Positions 27,362 to 36,932 of a stretch of 64,000 nucleotides of DNA are shown here, in pieces; position 1 is the stretch's first letter, and each line of letters starts with the position of its first letter. The stretch spans positions 7,753-71,752 of the forward strand of contig QQRY01000040.1 of assembly GCA_003602575.1 (NCBI GenBank), given 5' to 3'. The translations under genes were made by a program, and so were the position numbers. The notes beneath the pieces are model-generated. The model was not told where the DNA came from. It ran no database searches and was given only the letters and a program-made list of their open reading frames with translations. This DNA comes from Candidatus Poseidoniales archaeon (GTDB lineage Archaea; Thermoplasmatota; Poseidoniia; Poseidoniales; Poseidoniaceae).

Positions 27362-28972
27362 TCAAGCAAATGGTATTGAAGTTGTTGCATGACTCTTGAG
27401 ATTGACGATTGTCAGCATACAAGGTTTCGGTTGGAACCCCAACATTCTTTGATATGATGTTTGGTCTTGCCATGTACTTGAACAGATCAAAGTAGTTCCC
27501 TTGAAATCAACACAAGAATGACCATGAACGTGACCGGTGACAAATATATCTGGTACCTCTCTAATCACTAGACCATCTTCAGGTTCTGGTGAAAGAGGAG
27601 TTTTTCCACCCCATTGGGGGGCTAAATGCCTTCTTCTCAACATTTCTCGCATTGCTTCCACTGGGTCAGCGTAAGTCACCGTTCTTAGACCAGCCACGAA
27701 ATCATCAATTGACTTCCCATGATATGAAAGCAACCGTACTCCATTCAAAGAGAAGTCACAAGGATTTCCTACAAATGTAGTAGTATTGTAATCCTGTTGG
27801 ATATCCTTTTCGAAAGTTGGTTGTGGTTCAGCAGGTCTGACAGCATCATGGTTTCCTGGTAGCATAATACACTCAACCCAATCTGGTAGGAGTTCTAATA
27901 GTCGAGCAAATTCACTATATTGGGCAAAAAGGTCAGGTATTGCTAATTCTTTATCTTGACCCGGGTAGATTCCAACTCCATCAACACAATCACCAGATAA
28001 TACGAGATATTTGATAGTCTTAGCCAGTGGGTCGTTGTTGAACCATCTAACCATCTTATGCCATTGTGCTTCTAGGAAAGTTTTGGAACCAACATGTATG
28101 TCTGAGAGAAAAGCGACGCTTACTCCATGGGACGATGATGCCTTTTCATGACGATTTTCCATTGGGAAATGTAAATCATCGACATAAAACAAATCCCCAG
28201 TTTGACTAAAATTACCAGATACTCCTATTACATCATCAGGCATCAATCCTGCTTCGATTACCCTTTCTTGAGCTCTATCTCTTTCATCGCCACGCTTCTT
28301 GGTCAAAATGCAAGTCATTTCTCCGGTTTCATCTTCCAGATTCCACATTAGGTGGCCATTTTTAGTATATCTTGGTTCATTGACTAGACCGATTGCTACA
28401 GCCATGTTTTCATAGCCTTGATATCTATTTGATTCTCTTTGTAGTCTAGCGACTTCAGAATACTTTCGTGGAAGTTTAGAGTTCTTAACAATCATTTTAC
28501 GAATTTGTGATAAACGGTCATTGAAGCACGCAGAAATATCTCCCATTTTACCTTCTGTTATACTATGACCAGTTATGTCATAGTGCACTGAAATATCAGT
28601 AGGAGCGTCATTAGCAACTTCGCTAAAATCACTCTCTTTCCAATCTGGGAGGTTATTCCTAAAGTGTATGTCAAGTGGTTCAGGTGTAGAGATCGGCGCA
28701 ATAACTCTACCAAGGTCTGTAGGTGCCGATTTGTTATTGCTTGCAGTATTATTTACAGATGGTGTCGTTAAGGTGCTTGAATTTTCAAATAATGAGTTCA
28801 GTAGTGAGAATTTTTCATCATTGAGAACACCTTTGTCGAAACCGATTTCTGGACCGAGGTCTAACAGAGCAGTCGGGTCTTTGTGCTCTTGTAATAATTG
28901 TTGAATTGAGTTACTTGCAAGAATTTTTCTCTGGCGCAACAAACGGATAATCTCTTCAGATGTCGCAGCCAT
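27362..28972 (-). CDS. DNA polymerase II (PolD) small subunit DP1, 3'-5' exonuclease
   Basis: Calcineurin-like phosphoesterase motifs are FLSDIHVGS, LVLSGDCVDGVGIYPGQ, LPGNHDA and VTGHVHG. An OB-like region and an N-terminal helical region precede them. The likely start is MAATSEE (28972); the track ORF extends to 29005. Confidence 0.85.
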   Translation of the reverse strand: MAATSEEIIRLLRQRKILASNSIQQLLQEHKDPTALLDLGPEIGFDKGVLNDEKFSLLNSLFENSSTLTTPSVNNTASNNKSAPTDLGRVIAPISTPEPLDIHFRNNLPDWKESDFSEVANDAPTDISVHYDITGHSITEGKMGDISACFNDRLSQIRKMIVKNSKLPRKYSEVARLQRESNRYQGYENMAVAIGLVNEPRYTKNGHLMWNLEDETGEMTCILTKKRGDERDRAQERVIEAGLMPDDVIGVSGNFSQTGDLFYVDDLHFPMENRHEKASSSHGVSVAFLSDIHVGSKTFLEAQWHKMVRWFNNDPLAKTIKYLVLSGDCVDGVGIYPGQDKELAIPDLFAQYSEFARLLELLPDWVECIMLPGNHDAVRPAEPQPTFEKDIQQDYNTTTFVGNPCDFSLNGVRLLSYHGKSIDDFVAGLRTVTYADPVEAMREMLRRRHLAPQWGGKTPLSPEPEDGLVIREVPDIFVTGHVHGHSCVDFKGTTLICSSTWQDQTSYQRMLGFQPKPCMLTIVNLKSHATTSIPFA

Positions 28973-29023
28973 GAAGCAGAGGTATCGCAACCCCTCCAAA
29001 AGCACACCGGTTGGAAAAGTGAA

Positions 29024-29728
29024 TTATTCCCACTCTACCTGACTTCCAATACTCTCTTTGGACTCTTCAGATTCAGATTCACCACTCCATGATTCATCTT
29101 GCCATGGAGCAAATTGCTTAGCAGCAGCTTCACGCTTGGCTCTTTCTACTTCAAACTTCAAACGATTTTTCTCGTTTTCTGCAGCAATTTCTTCTAGTTT
29201 CTTTCTATTAGCCTCAGCCTTAGCCATTGCGTCATCCCAGCATCCAATTGCAGTTAGAAGTGCGAAGTGAACAAAACCGATCTTATTTTCTCCGCGATTT
29301 CCACCAATTTTTGTCGAATGTGCATTTGCCCATGTATTAGAAGCGATTCCCACATATACAGTACCGACTTCTTTCTTGGTGTCATCTGCGCCAGGTCCGG
29401 CAATTCCAGTGATTGAAATCGCTATATCTGCTTCAGCATTGAGTAAAGCACCCTTAGCCATCTGAATTGCCACTTCTGCTGAAACTGCACCTTTCTTATC
29501 CAAAGTTTCCTGCTCAACTCCTAATTCCTTTACTTTGGCTATATTAGAATAAGTGACCCATGATTGATTGAACCAATTACTTGCTCCTGCGATATCAGTA
29601 AATGCACTAGTTAACAATCCACCAGTACAGGATTCAGCAACTGTAATTGAGTGGCCTCCTTCCTTTAGACGGCGAACCAAACGAGCAGCCGCAGCCTGAA
29701 TATCTTCATCCATGCAATTTATGCCCAT
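29024..29728 (-). CDS. CinA C-terminal-domain protein (PncC-like NMN amidohydrolase) with extra coiled-coil/acidic tail
   Basis: ITVAESCTGGLLTSAFTDIAGASNWF...ITGIAGPGADD...VGTVYVGIA is the CinA/PncC signature. The last 67 aa are a K/E-rich helix followed by an acidic, Trp-containing tail. Confidence 0.8.
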   Translation of the reverse strand: MGINCMDEDIQAAAARLVRRLKEGGHSITVAESCTGGLLTSAFTDIAGASNWFNQSWVTYSNIAKVKELGVEQETLDKKGAVSAEVAIQMAKGALLNAEADIAISITGIAGPGADDTKKEVGTVYVGIASNTWANAHSTKIGGNRGENKIGFVHFALLTAIGCWDDAMAKAEANRKKLEEIAAENEKNRLKFEVERAKREAAAKQFAPWQDESWSGESESEESKESIGSQVEWE

Positions 29729-29793
29729 TGTCGCTGGGTTTTGAGTTTAACCCTAGGCGTTGGTTTCAATAATGGGTTCTTACAGGGGGGGCT

Positions 29794-29869
29794 GGGTCTG
29801 TGGTCTAGCGGTTATGACACCGCCTTTACACGGCGTTGATCGAGGGTTCAAATCCCTCCAGACCCACCA
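29794..29869 (+). tRNA. tRNA-Val (anticodon UAC), CCA encoded
   Basis: I folded it by hand. The acceptor stem is GGGTCTG/CAGACCC and the D arm is GTCT-AGCGGTTAT-GAC. The anticodon stem-loop is CCGCC-TTTACAC-GGCGT, with one C-U mismatch at 27:43. The T arm is GAGGG-TTCAAAT-CCCTC, followed by discriminator A and CCA. Confidence 0.85.
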
Positions 29870-29870
29870 A

Positions 29871-30179
29871 CTACCAACAGTGATGCTGCAAGTCGTTTTC
29901 ACTATCGCTTACCACTTTTGTGATGCCTGTTTTTTTCTGAATATCACTTGCTTGTTGTGTAGTTCCGTCAACTAGCATAAGGTGAACTGCTCTTTGCCAT
30001 AAACCAGGATTTATTTCTCCACCTCTATGGTCAACACCGACTAATATCCCATCTAGTTCAGTGAACATCAAAATCGATGTGGCTTTTACAATTTCACTAT
30101 GGTGGAGCAATAACCATCTTGCTCCATAGAGTTCCTTTCGAGGTTCATCTCCCAATTGTGAAAAATTCAAAATTTTCAT
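29871..30179 (-). CDS. Hypothetical protein (102 aa), no recognisable family
   Basis: The ORF lies 9 nt downstream of pelota on the same strand. Its stop abuts the tRNA-Val 3' end. I recognised no motif with confidence. Confidence 0.35.
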   Translation of the reverse strand: MKILNFSQLGDEPRKELYGARWLLLHHSEIVKATSILMFTELDGILVGVDHRGGEINPGLWQRAVHLMLVDGTTQQASDIQKKTGITKVVSDSENDLQHHCW

Positions 30180-30188
30180 AATATCACC

Positions 30189-31253
30189 TCACATTTTGTA
30201 CCTAAGTAGAGCTATTGCTCCACCTATTCCGAGCAATTGTTGCCCTGAGTCATGATCTGTGGAACATTGTATCAATTCTGCACCAATATCCTCAAGGCCT
30301 TCAGCCCATTTAGACCATGTCATGTCTCCAATCTTAGAATCTTCATCGCGCAGTAAGTCTGCTGATACCAGAGCAACTTCAATGGCTCCTTCATTGAGTG
30401 CTTTGATCAGTTCTTGTTGCCCATATGCTACAGCACCCTTTGTGGATAATCTAGTCCATGCTTCTTCAAGTAGATTGATTTCTTTGGTGATTGCATATTG
30501 CTCTAGTAGATTACCAGTCAAACCTTCACGTAGCACCTCATTTGCTCCAGAACGACCTGACATTGAAGTTGCGACTGAAGACATAAATCTAGTTTGACCA
30601 CTTTGTTTTAATTCTTGTAAAAGTACGTCTCTTGCATGACCCGGGCCACATAATATCAGGGGGGTCTGATCTCCTAATGATTCTGTTAATTCCTTGATAA
30701 CCTTCGCTCTAAAGTCACTTGCAACACCACTTGAAGATTTTCGATCCACTCTCTTACCTCCACCACGCATCGTCCAAGTAGTGGATTCTTTCAATCCCCG
30801 AGGAGTAACATAGAACAGAATAATTTCATCATTTTCAACTACTGCAAGAGCAACATGAACCTGATTAGATGAGTTGATAGCCTGTTGCAGAAGTGTGGAA
30901 TCAGTATTCTTGAAAGGTGCATGTGAAGTAAGTTCAATTTCATCAAGAATAGAAATATTGTGAGTGTGATGGCTTCCAACATCAAGTTGTGCCTCGTTAA
31001 TTATTCCATGAATCCTAAGATTCTCACTAAATGAGTGGTATTCTGTCGATTCAATAGATAATCGAATCCACATCTTCTTCCTCTCTGCGGCTTTTGCTCT
31101 ACCTCCTTCTTCACCACCTGTAGTTTGGTCTCGTCTCTCTCCGAGCATACCAAGGTCCATGCCTTTACGAGCCAGCCTGGCAAGTATCCAAAGGTCATCT
31201 TCAGTTTCTACGCGAAGACGCCAAAGCATTGGTTCGCGTTTTAGAACTCGCAT
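30189..31253 (-). CDS. pelA: Pelota (Dom34) mRNA-surveillance / ribosome-rescue factor
   Basis: 354 aa. The N-terminal Sm-like domain is RLRVETEDDLWILARL...MWIRLSIESTEYH. The central and C-terminal eRF1-like domains follow (...LLEEA...AYG...V..AL..GAIE.L...). Confidence 0.85.
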   Translation of the reverse strand: MRVLKREPMLWRLRVETEDDLWILARLARKGMDLGMLGERRDQTTGGEEGGRAKAAERKKMWIRLSIESTEYHSFSENLRIHGIINEAQLDVGSHHTHNISILDEIELTSHAPFKNTDSTLLQQAINSSNQVHVALAVVENDEIILFYVTPRGLKESTTWTMRGGGKRVDRKSSSGVASDFRAKVIKELTESLGDQTPLILCGPGHARDVLLQELKQSGQTRFMSSVATSMSGRSGANEVLREGLTGNLLEQYAITKEINLLEEAWTRLSTKGAVAYGQQELIKALNEGAIEVALVSADLLRDEDSKIGDMTWSKWAEGLEDIGAELIQCSTDHDSGQQLLGIGGAIALLRYKM

Positions 31254-31257
31254 TCAC

Positions 31258-32973
31258 TCACCCAAAGACACCGGTTTGACGTCCATCATCATCCATGTCC
31301 ATGTCCATTGCAGCAGGACGAACAGGTAATCCTGGCATCGTCATCATATTTCCAAGAATCGCTACTATGAACCCTGCTCCAGCATTCAGACGAAATTCTC
31401 TAACTGGCAAGGTAAACCCACTAGGAGCGCCCAACTTACCAGCATCATGCGAGAATGAATATTGGGTCTTAGCCATACATACAGGTAATTCACCATAACC
31501 CCAAGAAATTATCTTGTCAAGTTGCTTTTTGGCATTTGCTTCCAAGTAAACATCCTTTGCCTTGTACATTCTTGTAGCAATCGCTTCAACCTTCTCCATT
31601 ACCGGAGCATGATTGACAAATAGTGGGGTGAAAGGTCTTCCTTCAGCAACATGGTCTTGAACTGCTTTGACTACAGCATTGGCTAAATCTTCCCCACCTG
31701 CTCCACCTTTTGCATGAACTTCAGTGACAGTCACTGCCTTAGCACCACTTGCATGGGCAGTATCTCTTAGAACTGAAATTTCAGCATCGCTGTCAGATGC
31801 AAACTTGTTGATAGAAACCACAACAGGGACGCCAAAGCCTGCCATATTCTTGATGTGGCGGTCAAGATTAGTCATAGCACCGGCCTTGACCGCATCTACA
31901 TTTTCAGTTTCCAACTCTTCTTTACTTGGACGGTATCCACCACGACTTCCAAAAGCACCGCCATGTAATTTCATAGAACGAATTGTCACATTCATAACCA
32001 CGCAATCAGGGGCTTTTCCAGAGGTTGCCGCTTTGATATGCATGAATTTCTCTGCACCCATATCAGAGCCAAATCCAGCTTCTGTGACCACAATATCTGC
32101 AGCACCCAATGCTAATTTATCGGCTATGATACTCGAATTTCCATGTGCGATGTTAGCAAATGGTCCACCATGGATAAATGCTGGATTTCCTTCTAATGTT
32201 TGTACTAGATTTGGAAGGAATGCATTTCTAAGTAGTAATGCCATTGCTCCTGGTGCTCCTATTTCTTTGGCCTTAACCGGATATCCTTCAGTGGATTGAC
32301 CTACTACGATTTCGCCTAGTCGATGACGTAGATCTGCATAGTCTGATGCTAAGACAAGAATCGCCATTACTTCACTAGCGGCGGTGATATCGAAACGGTC
32401 TTGCCTCAAGTGACCATTTGCAGGGCCACCCATTCCTATCACAATATCTCTTAATGCACGGTCATTCATATCTATGACACGAGGCCAATCGATCTTAGTA
32501 GGGTCTAATTTACTGGTATTACCATGCTTGATATGATTATCAATCAGCGCCGATAAAAGGTTGTGTGCTGAAGTTACTGCATGTAGGTCGCCAGTGAAGT
32601 GTAGATTGATGTCTTCCATAGGTAATACTTGTGAGTAACCTCCGCCTGCAGCCCCGCCTTTAATCCCAAAAACAGGCCCCATTGAAGGTTCACGAATTAC
32701 ACATGTAGCTGATTGACCAATCTTACACAGTGCTTGAGTAAGACCGATTGTGGTGACAGTTTTACCTTCTCCAAATGGTGTAGGATTTACAGAAGTTACT
32801 AAAACAAGACTTCCTTGAGGCTTTGAAAAACGTTGCTTGAGGGCTTCCCAAGTTATTTTGGCAACCCCGTGGCCCATTGGCATAATTTCGGTTGATGATA
32901 TCCCCAATTTCCAAGCAATTGCTTCAATTGGTTCCAATGTTGCAGCGCTTGCAATCTCTAAATCACTAGCCAT
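31258..32973 (-). CDS. fhs: Formate--tetrahydrofolate ligase
   Basis: 571 aa. It has the P-loop region VTSVNPTPFGEGKTVTTIGLTQAL and conserved blocks along the whole length, including HGGPFANIAHGNSS. Confidence 0.9.
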   Translation of the reverse strand: MASDLEIASAATLEPIEAIAWKLGISSTEIMPMGHGVAKITWEALKQRFSKPQGSLVLVTSVNPTPFGEGKTVTTIGLTQALCKIGQSATCVIREPSMGPVFGIKGGAAGGGYSQVLPMEDINLHFTGDLHAVTSAHNLLSALIDNHIKHGNTSKLDPTKIDWPRVIDMNDRALRDIVIGMGGPANGHLRQDRFDITAASEVMAILVLASDYADLRHRLGEIVVGQSTEGYPVKAKEIGAPGAMALLLRNAFLPNLVQTLEGNPAFIHGGPFANIAHGNSSIIADKLALGAADIVVTEAGFGSDMGAEKFMHIKAATSGKAPDCVVMNVTIRSMKLHGGAFGSRGGYRPSKEELETENVDAVKAGAMTNLDRHIKNMAGFGVPVVVSINKFASDSDAEISVLRDTAHASGAKAVTVTEVHAKGGAGGEDLANAVVKAVQDHVAEGRPFTPLFVNHAPVMEKVEAIATRMYKAKDVYLEANAKKQLDKIISWGYGELPVCMAKTQYSFSHDAGKLGAPSGFTLPVREFRLNAGAGFIVAILGNMMTMPGLPVRPAAMDMDMDDDGRQTGVFG

Positions 32974-33070
32974 GAGTTACTTGCATATCGCTAAGCCTTT
33001 GAAACTCACGGTTGTAATAGACAGAAAATCAGCGATTAGACAACCTTTGGCAAATAGCCGTTGAAGTCAA

Positions 33071-34465
33071 TCAGTTTTCGCCTTCATTCATGCTTCCGAG
33101 GTAATCTGGCAAATCTACGCCAGCCATCTTAGCAACATCGTGAACAGGTGGTAGTGACTTGATTAGAGATGATACGAAATTAGCAGTACTGCCACCTTCT
33201 CCGCCATTTCCTGAATCCCACACAGTAATCTTGTCAATCTTCAAGTTAGCGATTGCTTCGGTTTGACGAGCAACTAACTCTTCGATCTTCTCGACCATCA
33301 GTAGTGTAGCAGCAGCCTTCGGGTCTCCTCCAGCACTCTTGACAAGTGATTGGTAACCAGCAGCCTTTGCTTCAAGAACAGCCTTGGTACCTTCAGCCTC
33401 AGCATTATATCTTGCGAGTATAGCATCTGCTTCACCCTTTGCGATTCTTCTTTGGCGTTCTGCTTCTGCTTCTGCAGCAATTTCGATTTGTTGCTTAGAA
33501 ACCTCTTCACGAGCGATTTCTTCAGCACGGAGCCTTTGACCTTCAAACTCATATTGAGCCTTCTCAATTTCTGCTTGAGCATTACGTCGAGCAACTTCAG
33601 AACGTCTTAGAGCCTCTGCTTCTTTCTCAGCCAAGTCTGCATTGTAGGCAGCAATAGATGCTCGAGATTGGTTTTCACCCTCTACAGCAAGAGCTTCTTG
33701 TTGTTGAACGAAAACACGTCTTCCTGCTTCAGCCGCTTTCTGACCTTTGTCAGATTCAGCCTCGTTGTTTGCAACTTCAATTTCTCTTGCACGGTCTGCA
33801 GCAGCCTTACCTACAGCACCATCACGAGCAGCCTCCGCTCTGTCAACAGTAGCATCAGCAATAGCAACAGCAGCGGCCTTTGCACCAATGGACTTGATAT
33901 AATCAGCCTCATCAGTAATATCTGTGATGTTAACGTTGATTAGGTAAAGACCAATCTTATGCAATTCAGTATCTACGTTGTTTGAGACCATTCTAAGGAA
34001 AGCCTCTCTGTCTTGGTTGATTTGTTCAATTGTTAGAGATGCAACAGTCAAACGTAGTTGACCAAAGATGATTTCTTTTGCCATGTCTTCAATTTGTGGG
34101 GTTGGTAGTCCAAGCAAACGCTCAGCAGCATTTGACATAATTGAAGGAGCAGTAGAAATACCAATTGTGAATGTTGAAGGAACGTTGATACGAATATTTT
34201 GTTGTGATAATGCGTGTTCCAGATTAATACTGATAGTCATTGGTTTTAGATCAAGATATGCATAGTGCTGAATTAGCGGCCAAACAATCTTACCACCACC
34301 GTGGTAACAAGCGGCTGCCCCGCCTTCTTTGACATTACCATATACGACAAGAATCTTGTCAGATGGTGCTAGTTTATACCTGCTAGTTGCTACATAAATT
34401 GTTACAATCAATGCAAAAACAAACAAAAATATTCCTATTAAACCTAAACTCTCTGCTACGGCCAT
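33071..34465 (-). CDS. Flotillin-like SPFH/band-7 protein
   Basis: 464 aa. An N-terminal TM helix and SPFH domain are followed by a long A/E/R-rich coiled-coil flotillin region (AEAARDGAVGKAAADRAREIEVANNEAESDKGQKAAEAGR...). Confidence 0.8.
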   Translation of the reverse strand: MAVAESLGLIGIFLFVFALIVTIYVATSRYKLAPSDKILVVYGNVKEGGAAACYHGGGKIVWPLIQHYAYLDLKPMTISINLEHALSQQNIRINVPSTFTIGISTAPSIMSNAAERLLGLPTPQIEDMAKEIIFGQLRLTVASLTIEQINQDREAFLRMVSNNVDTELHKIGLYLINVNITDITDEADYIKSIGAKAAAVAIADATVDRAEAARDGAVGKAAADRAREIEVANNEAESDKGQKAAEAGRRVFVQQQEALAVEGENQSRASIAAYNADLAEKEAEALRRSEVARRNAQAEIEKAQYEFEGQRLRAEEIAREEVSKQQIEIAAEAEAERQRRIAKGEADAILARYNAEAEGTKAVLEAKAAGYQSLVKSAGGDPKAAATLLMVEKIEELVARQTEAIANLKIDKITVWDSGNGGEGGSTANFVSSLIKSLPPVHDVAKMAGVDLPDYLGSMNEGEN

Positions 34466-34525
34466 GCTAAGTGGACAGTGGACTACTTTAAGAGGCTTGA
34501 CCCAACAAAATAAATCAGATTTTTC

Positions 34526-35188
34526 TCATTCTTCTTCTTTTGACTGAGTAATATCAAGAGGTTTGACGATTAGTGTTTCCCCAATTGCATCGACCACATA
34601 GATGAATTTACCAGTCTTAATAGTTAGTGACTCATCTTCAGCTACAGCGTCTGAAGTTCTTAGTGCTCCTTGATATTCAACTTGTACTTGACCATGTTCG
34701 CCTGCATTGATAGTTCTGTAAACAGTGCCTTTTGCGCCAATGGCTTCAGAATACTTCACGGTATTATCCATTTCCAAACTCTTCATCAATTGGAATACTT
34801 TTCCAATTAAGTACATAGAAATCGAACCAGCGACAGTACCAGCAATTATTGCTACGAAAGCGTTTTGATCTGCCTGCGATACTGCAAGGCCAAAAATACC
34901 AAACATCATAACGAAACTGAGCAATCCTTGAATGGTTAAAACATGGAAAATACCTTCAGCACCGATATCAACATCAACATCTCCTGGAAGTATATCCATC
35001 GCACCATCTGCAACTCCGCCGATTAGAATTAGAAGGAAATAAATTAGAAATAAGAATGTGCCAATTATTGCCATAGCAGCAAATAATACATCGACTCCAG
35101 TTACGTCACCTAGTCCAATCAAATCCATAAAATCTCCAATCAAACCCATGTCTTCACCGTGTAGAGACAATGTGTCCGTACTCATCAA
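34526..35188 (-). CDS. NfeD/YqiJ-like membrane protein (flotillin partner) with C-terminal OB-fold
   Basis: 220 aa. Multiple TM helices are followed by a soluble beta-rich tail (GAKGTVYRTINAGEHGQVQVEYQGALRTSDAVAEDE...IYVVDAIGETLIVKP). It lies directly upstream of flotillin, as in the bacterial yqiJ-yqiK and nfeD-SPFH operons. Confidence 0.6.
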   Translation of the reverse strand: MMSTDTLSLHGEDMGLIGDFMDLIGLGDVTGVDVLFAAMAIIGTFLFLIYFLLILIGGVADGAMDILPGDVDVDIGAEGIFHVLTIQGLLSFVMMFGIFGLAVSQADQNAFVAIIAGTVAGSISMYLIGKVFQLMKSLEMDNTVKYSEAIGAKGTVYRTINAGEHGQVQVEYQGALRTSDAVAEDESLTIKTGKFIYVVDAIGETLIVKPLDITQSKEEE

Positions 35189-35430
35189 TCTTCCCGTTCT
35201 TTAAGCAATGGTCTGATGTAAATTAGATAGTAATGGCCGTATACAACAGGTCCAAGAGATAATCCTACAAGTACAGCGACACCCCACATTGGGAAATCTA
35301 AGGCGAGGCCAATCGCCATAATGATCAGTAAAGAAATTAATATTGAGGCTTTCTCAAATATAATATAAAATACATTAGTACTATTATTGATACGATCTCT
35401 CATCATAAATAGGTCAAATAAACCTACCAT
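35185..35430 (-). CDS. Small hypothetical membrane protein (2 TM)
   Basis: 81 aa with two hydrophobic helices. Its stop overlaps the start of the NfeD-like gene by 4 nt, which suggests translational coupling. Confidence 0.4.
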   Translation of the reverse strand: MVGLFDLFMMRDRINNSTNVFYIIFEKASILISLLIIMAIGLALDFPMWGVAVLVGLSLGPVVYGHYYLIYIRPLLKERED

Positions 35431-35439
35431 TAAACCAAC

Positions 35440-35826
35440 TCATATTAGCAGGTCAGACCATGAAAGTTCACTGATTAAAACGATAAACGCATATAGGATT
35501 GCAACGAAAAGTACAGGGTTTCTGCCTGTTTCAGTATCCGATTCCATTTGTTGCATTCTTCCGTTTGCATCACGATACATGGTCGTTGTTTCAGAAGTAG
35601 TATAGTTGCTACCTTGAGTGAATTCACGTTCATTTTTCTTGGTTTGATACAAAAGAAACACGATTGTTCCAATGACTACACCAAGAGCTGGACCGAATAA
35701 GGACCCTAATGATTCATGGAATTCTTCCCACATAGCAAATGAAAGGTAAAGGCTAAGTAAGCCCGTTAGTGTACCAATAATCCCTTTGCCTCGGTGTTGA
35801 TTGGTGAATAATGCATTGGCCTGCAT
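35440..35826 (-). CDS. Hypothetical membrane protein (3 predicted TM)
   Basis: 128 aa with hydrophobic helices. It is the first gene of the co-directional cluster that ends with flotillin. Confidence 0.4.
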   Translation of the reverse strand: MQANALFTNQHRGKGIIGTLTGLLSLYLSFAMWEEFHESLGSLFGPALGVVIGTIVFLLYQTKKNEREFTQGSNYTTSETTTMYRDANGRMQQMESDTETGRNPVLFVAILYAFIVLISELSWSDLLI

Positions 35827-35918
35827 GTATATTCCATTATGGGCATCTTTTTCAAACCTATCTATTCATTGTGTATCAAGATGGTTTGATTGAAAAAGTA
35901 GGACATTACCCAAAAGAC

Positions 35919-36932
35919 ATGGCCGAGGTGTATTATGGGATTGCCGGAAAGCCGGTTTCTCATTCAATTTCACCACTTTTGGTCTCAATTGTTGCTCAGC
36001 ACCTAGAGCAAAATAGTAAGATTAAACAAAAGTTTGAAGTCAAAAGTTTGAATTTAATCGAGGCTGATTCGATTCAAGATGCTTTGGCATGGGGTTATGC
36101 TAAAACTATTCCAAACCCGATTAACTGGGATTATACGGGTGCGCCCTTTGGAAAATTTAGGAATAGGGCATTGATTCAAAAAGCATTAGAAATAACTGGC
36201 GATATAATTCAAGAGCATGACGAACTAAATTTGGACACTAGTGCTCTAAAAACCGCTAATTTTCCTCTAAAAAGAAAAGCTAAGTTGCCATCAAAAGCAT
36301 TTACTGAAGAAATTTGGTTGAACTTAACAACTCCACTAAAGCACCAATTGAATAGTCAGGCAGTCATGGATTTTAATGAGTCATCTCTTATTGAATCGGT
36401 GAATGTCCTCAGGTGGGATGGCCATGGATGGTGGTCGTCAAATGTAGATGGTTGTGGAGTGGTTAGATGTGCTGAACTTTTTGGAATTGAAGTGACTTCA
36501 GGCGCAACTTTGGCAATAGTTGGCGGTGGAGGAGCAGCTCGTTCTACTGCTTATGCTTGGTCTAAAAGTGGTGGTAAACTGAAACTCATCTCTGGCCGTA
36601 GAGAAATTGATGATGGACCTTGGAGCGATTCTATAATTGAGACAGATTCATATGATATGATTATTAATTTCGATTCGAAAGATTTTACTCAAAAATCCGA
36701 TACTGAAGCGATTATACTTTCTCCAAGTTATGATGTAATGGAAGGTACTGTCGAGCAACGTATCCAAAAACTGGTGAGTAGAGTTTACGATGGAAGATGG
36801 ATGTTGGTAGCTCAACATTTAGAATGCTGGAAGCAGTTGTGGGCGCCTCAATATATCGATGAATTACCTTCAATAGGTCTACTTATGACCAAATTAATTC
36901 ATGCTGAAACGGTATTAGCATCCTATGCATGA
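35919..36932 (+). CDS. Shikimate dehydrogenase-like protein (AroE family) with an internal insertion
   Basis: YYGIAGKPVSHSISPLL matches the GxxGxPIxHSxSP block and LNLTTPLKH matches NVTxPxK. SSNVDGCGV matches NTDxxG and LAIVGGGGAARSTAYAW is the NADP Rossmann block. I place the start at MAEVYY (35919); the track ORF starts at 35811. An insertion of about 70 aa lies between blocks 1 and 2. Confidence 0.6.
   Translation: MAEVYYGIAGKPVSHSISPLLVSIVAQHLEQNSKIKQKFEVKSLNLIEADSIQDALAWGYAKTIPNPINWDYTGAPFGKFRNRALIQKALEITGDIIQEHDELNLDTSALKTANFPLKRKAKLPSKAFTEEIWLNLTTPLKHQLNSQAVMDFNESSLIESVNVLRWDGHGWWSSNVDGCGVVRCAELFGIEVTSGATLAIVGGGGAARSTAYAWSKSGGKLKLISGRREIDDGPWSDSIIETDSYDMIINFDSKDFTQKSDTEAIILSPSYDVMEGTVEQRIQKLVSRVYDGRWMLVAQHLECWKQLWAPQYIDELPSIGLLMTKLIHAETVLASYA

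Noticed and set aside
29794-30179. tRNA-Val with an abutting 102-aa orphan ORF considered as a remnant of an integrated element. The ORF has a faint Nudix/IDI-like N-terminal resemblance around RAVHLMLVD.
   Set aside because: I saw no integrase, no direct repeat of the tRNA 3' end, and no compositional break. The protein resemblance is too weak to call.
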